26,449 nt of DNA, taken from contig JAUSPJ010000271.1 in NCBI GenBank assembly GCA_030655795.1, positions 1 through 26,449 on the forward strand. The letters run 5' to 3'. The notes under the pieces are model-generated. The model did not search any database. It had not been told where the DNA came from and saw nothing but the letters and a program-made list of their open reading frames with translations. Source of the DNA: Fidelibacterota bacterium (GTDB taxonomy: Bacteria; Fidelibacterota; UBA2242). This document shows positions 25,741-26,449 of the stretch, piece by piece; the first letter of the stretch is position 1; every line of letters begins with the position of its first letter. The position numbers and the translations under genes were made by a program.

Positions 25741-26449
25741 TTATTCAAAGTCTTTCTGTAAATATTGCTCGATGGTTGATATCTGCGATTTTTTACGAAT
25801 TTTGGCAGCCAGTTTCCTTTCAAAGTCCCGGGCTGAGTTTTTTCCCATGAATTTCAGCAGATGGTTCATCGCAATCACCTCTGCTATTACCGTTATGTTT
25901 TTACCGGGATAGATCGGCAATTTGACAATCGGCGTATCCACCTCGAGAATTTTGACATGTTTATCCACGGCGCCGATGCGCTCGTAGCTTTCATTGTCGT
26001 CCCACTCCACCAATTCAACCTGAACTTCGACCCGCTTCTGTTGACGAATAGCCTGGATTCCAAACAGATTCCGGACATCTACGATCCCGAGGCCCCGAAC
26101 CTCCATATGATGTTCCAGGAATTCATTACTGGTACCGATAATGACATTGTCTGCCCGCCGGATAATTTTCACAATATCGTCGGCGACGAGGCGGTGCCCC
26201 CGTTCAACAAGATCCAGAGCGACTTCACTCTTTCCGATACCGCTGCGTCCGGTCAGCAGCAAGCCAACGCCAAAGACATCAACCAGCGAACCATGGACGA
26301 TCGTTGACGGCGCCAGGTTCCAGTCCAGATAATCCATCAACCGGCCCACTAAATTACTCGTCAGCATCGGTGTTGAAAACAGGGCGATATTATTTTCACG
26401 GGCAATTTCCAGGGAGAATTCCGGCGGCCGGGCTCCATGAGCAAAGATG
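25741..26449 (-). CDS. hprK: HPr kinase/phosphorylase; 5' part lies beyond the window edge
   Basis: HGSLVDVFGVGLLLTGRSGIGKSE (Walker A), GHRLVADD, EVRGLGI and PGKN. The frame stays open upstream of the track start (IFAHGARPPEFSLEIARENNIALFSTP). Confidence 0.96.
   Translation of the reverse strand, partial: IFAHGARPPEFSLEIARENNIALFSTPMLTSNLVGRLMDYLDWNLAPSTIVHGSLVDVFGVGLLLTGRSGIGKSEVALDLVERGHRLVADDIVKIIRRADNVIIGTSNEFLEHHMEVRGLGIVDVRNLFGIQAIRQQKRVEVQVELVEWDDNESYERIGAVDKHVKILEVDTPIVKLPIYPGKNITVIAEVIAMNHLLKFMGKNSARDFERKLAAKIRKKSQISTIEQYLQKDFE

Noticed and set aside
12237-26332. Numerous 60-160 aa track ORFs overlapping nhaC, lptG, the barrel/lipoprotein genes, ahcY, metK and hprK (also those within the trp genes)
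   Set aside because: Antisense or alternative-frame shadows of well-supported genes, with no independent signals.

Overview
Bacterial chromosomal window from a diderm organism. Gene content (HprK, LptF/G, an S46 peptidase, FadL-like barrels with lipoproteins) suggests an FCB-related lineage, but this is inference only. From left to right: a window-truncated S46 peptidase (-); a peroxiredoxin gene that has lost its whole catalytic core to an in-frame deletion; a complete trpEGDCFBA operon with sigma70 promoter, a 4-Trp leader peptide and a three-hairpin attenuator; a small hypothetical gene; and a ~2.16 kb IS4-superfamily-like DDE element with imperfect 26-bp terminal inverted repeats sitting in a REP-like palindrome array. 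Next come nhaC (-) and a lone LptF/G permease (+). A long minus-strand run follows: hprK, a sugar nucleotidyltransferase, metK, ahcY, a toxin-antitoxin cassette, and two tandem paralogous lipoprotein + outer-membrane barrel modules. The most notable observations are: (1) a discrete 22-bp double-hairpin insertion that frameshifts the transposase; (2) the duplicated lipoprotein/barrel module, whose lipoproteins are strongly enriched in D-S/T-hydrophobic O-glycosylation-type sequons; (3) both IS ends lying at symmetric positions of REP palindromes with no target duplication; (4) an A9 run that would fuse the two transposase ORFs. All counts and alignments were done by hand; no database searches were run.
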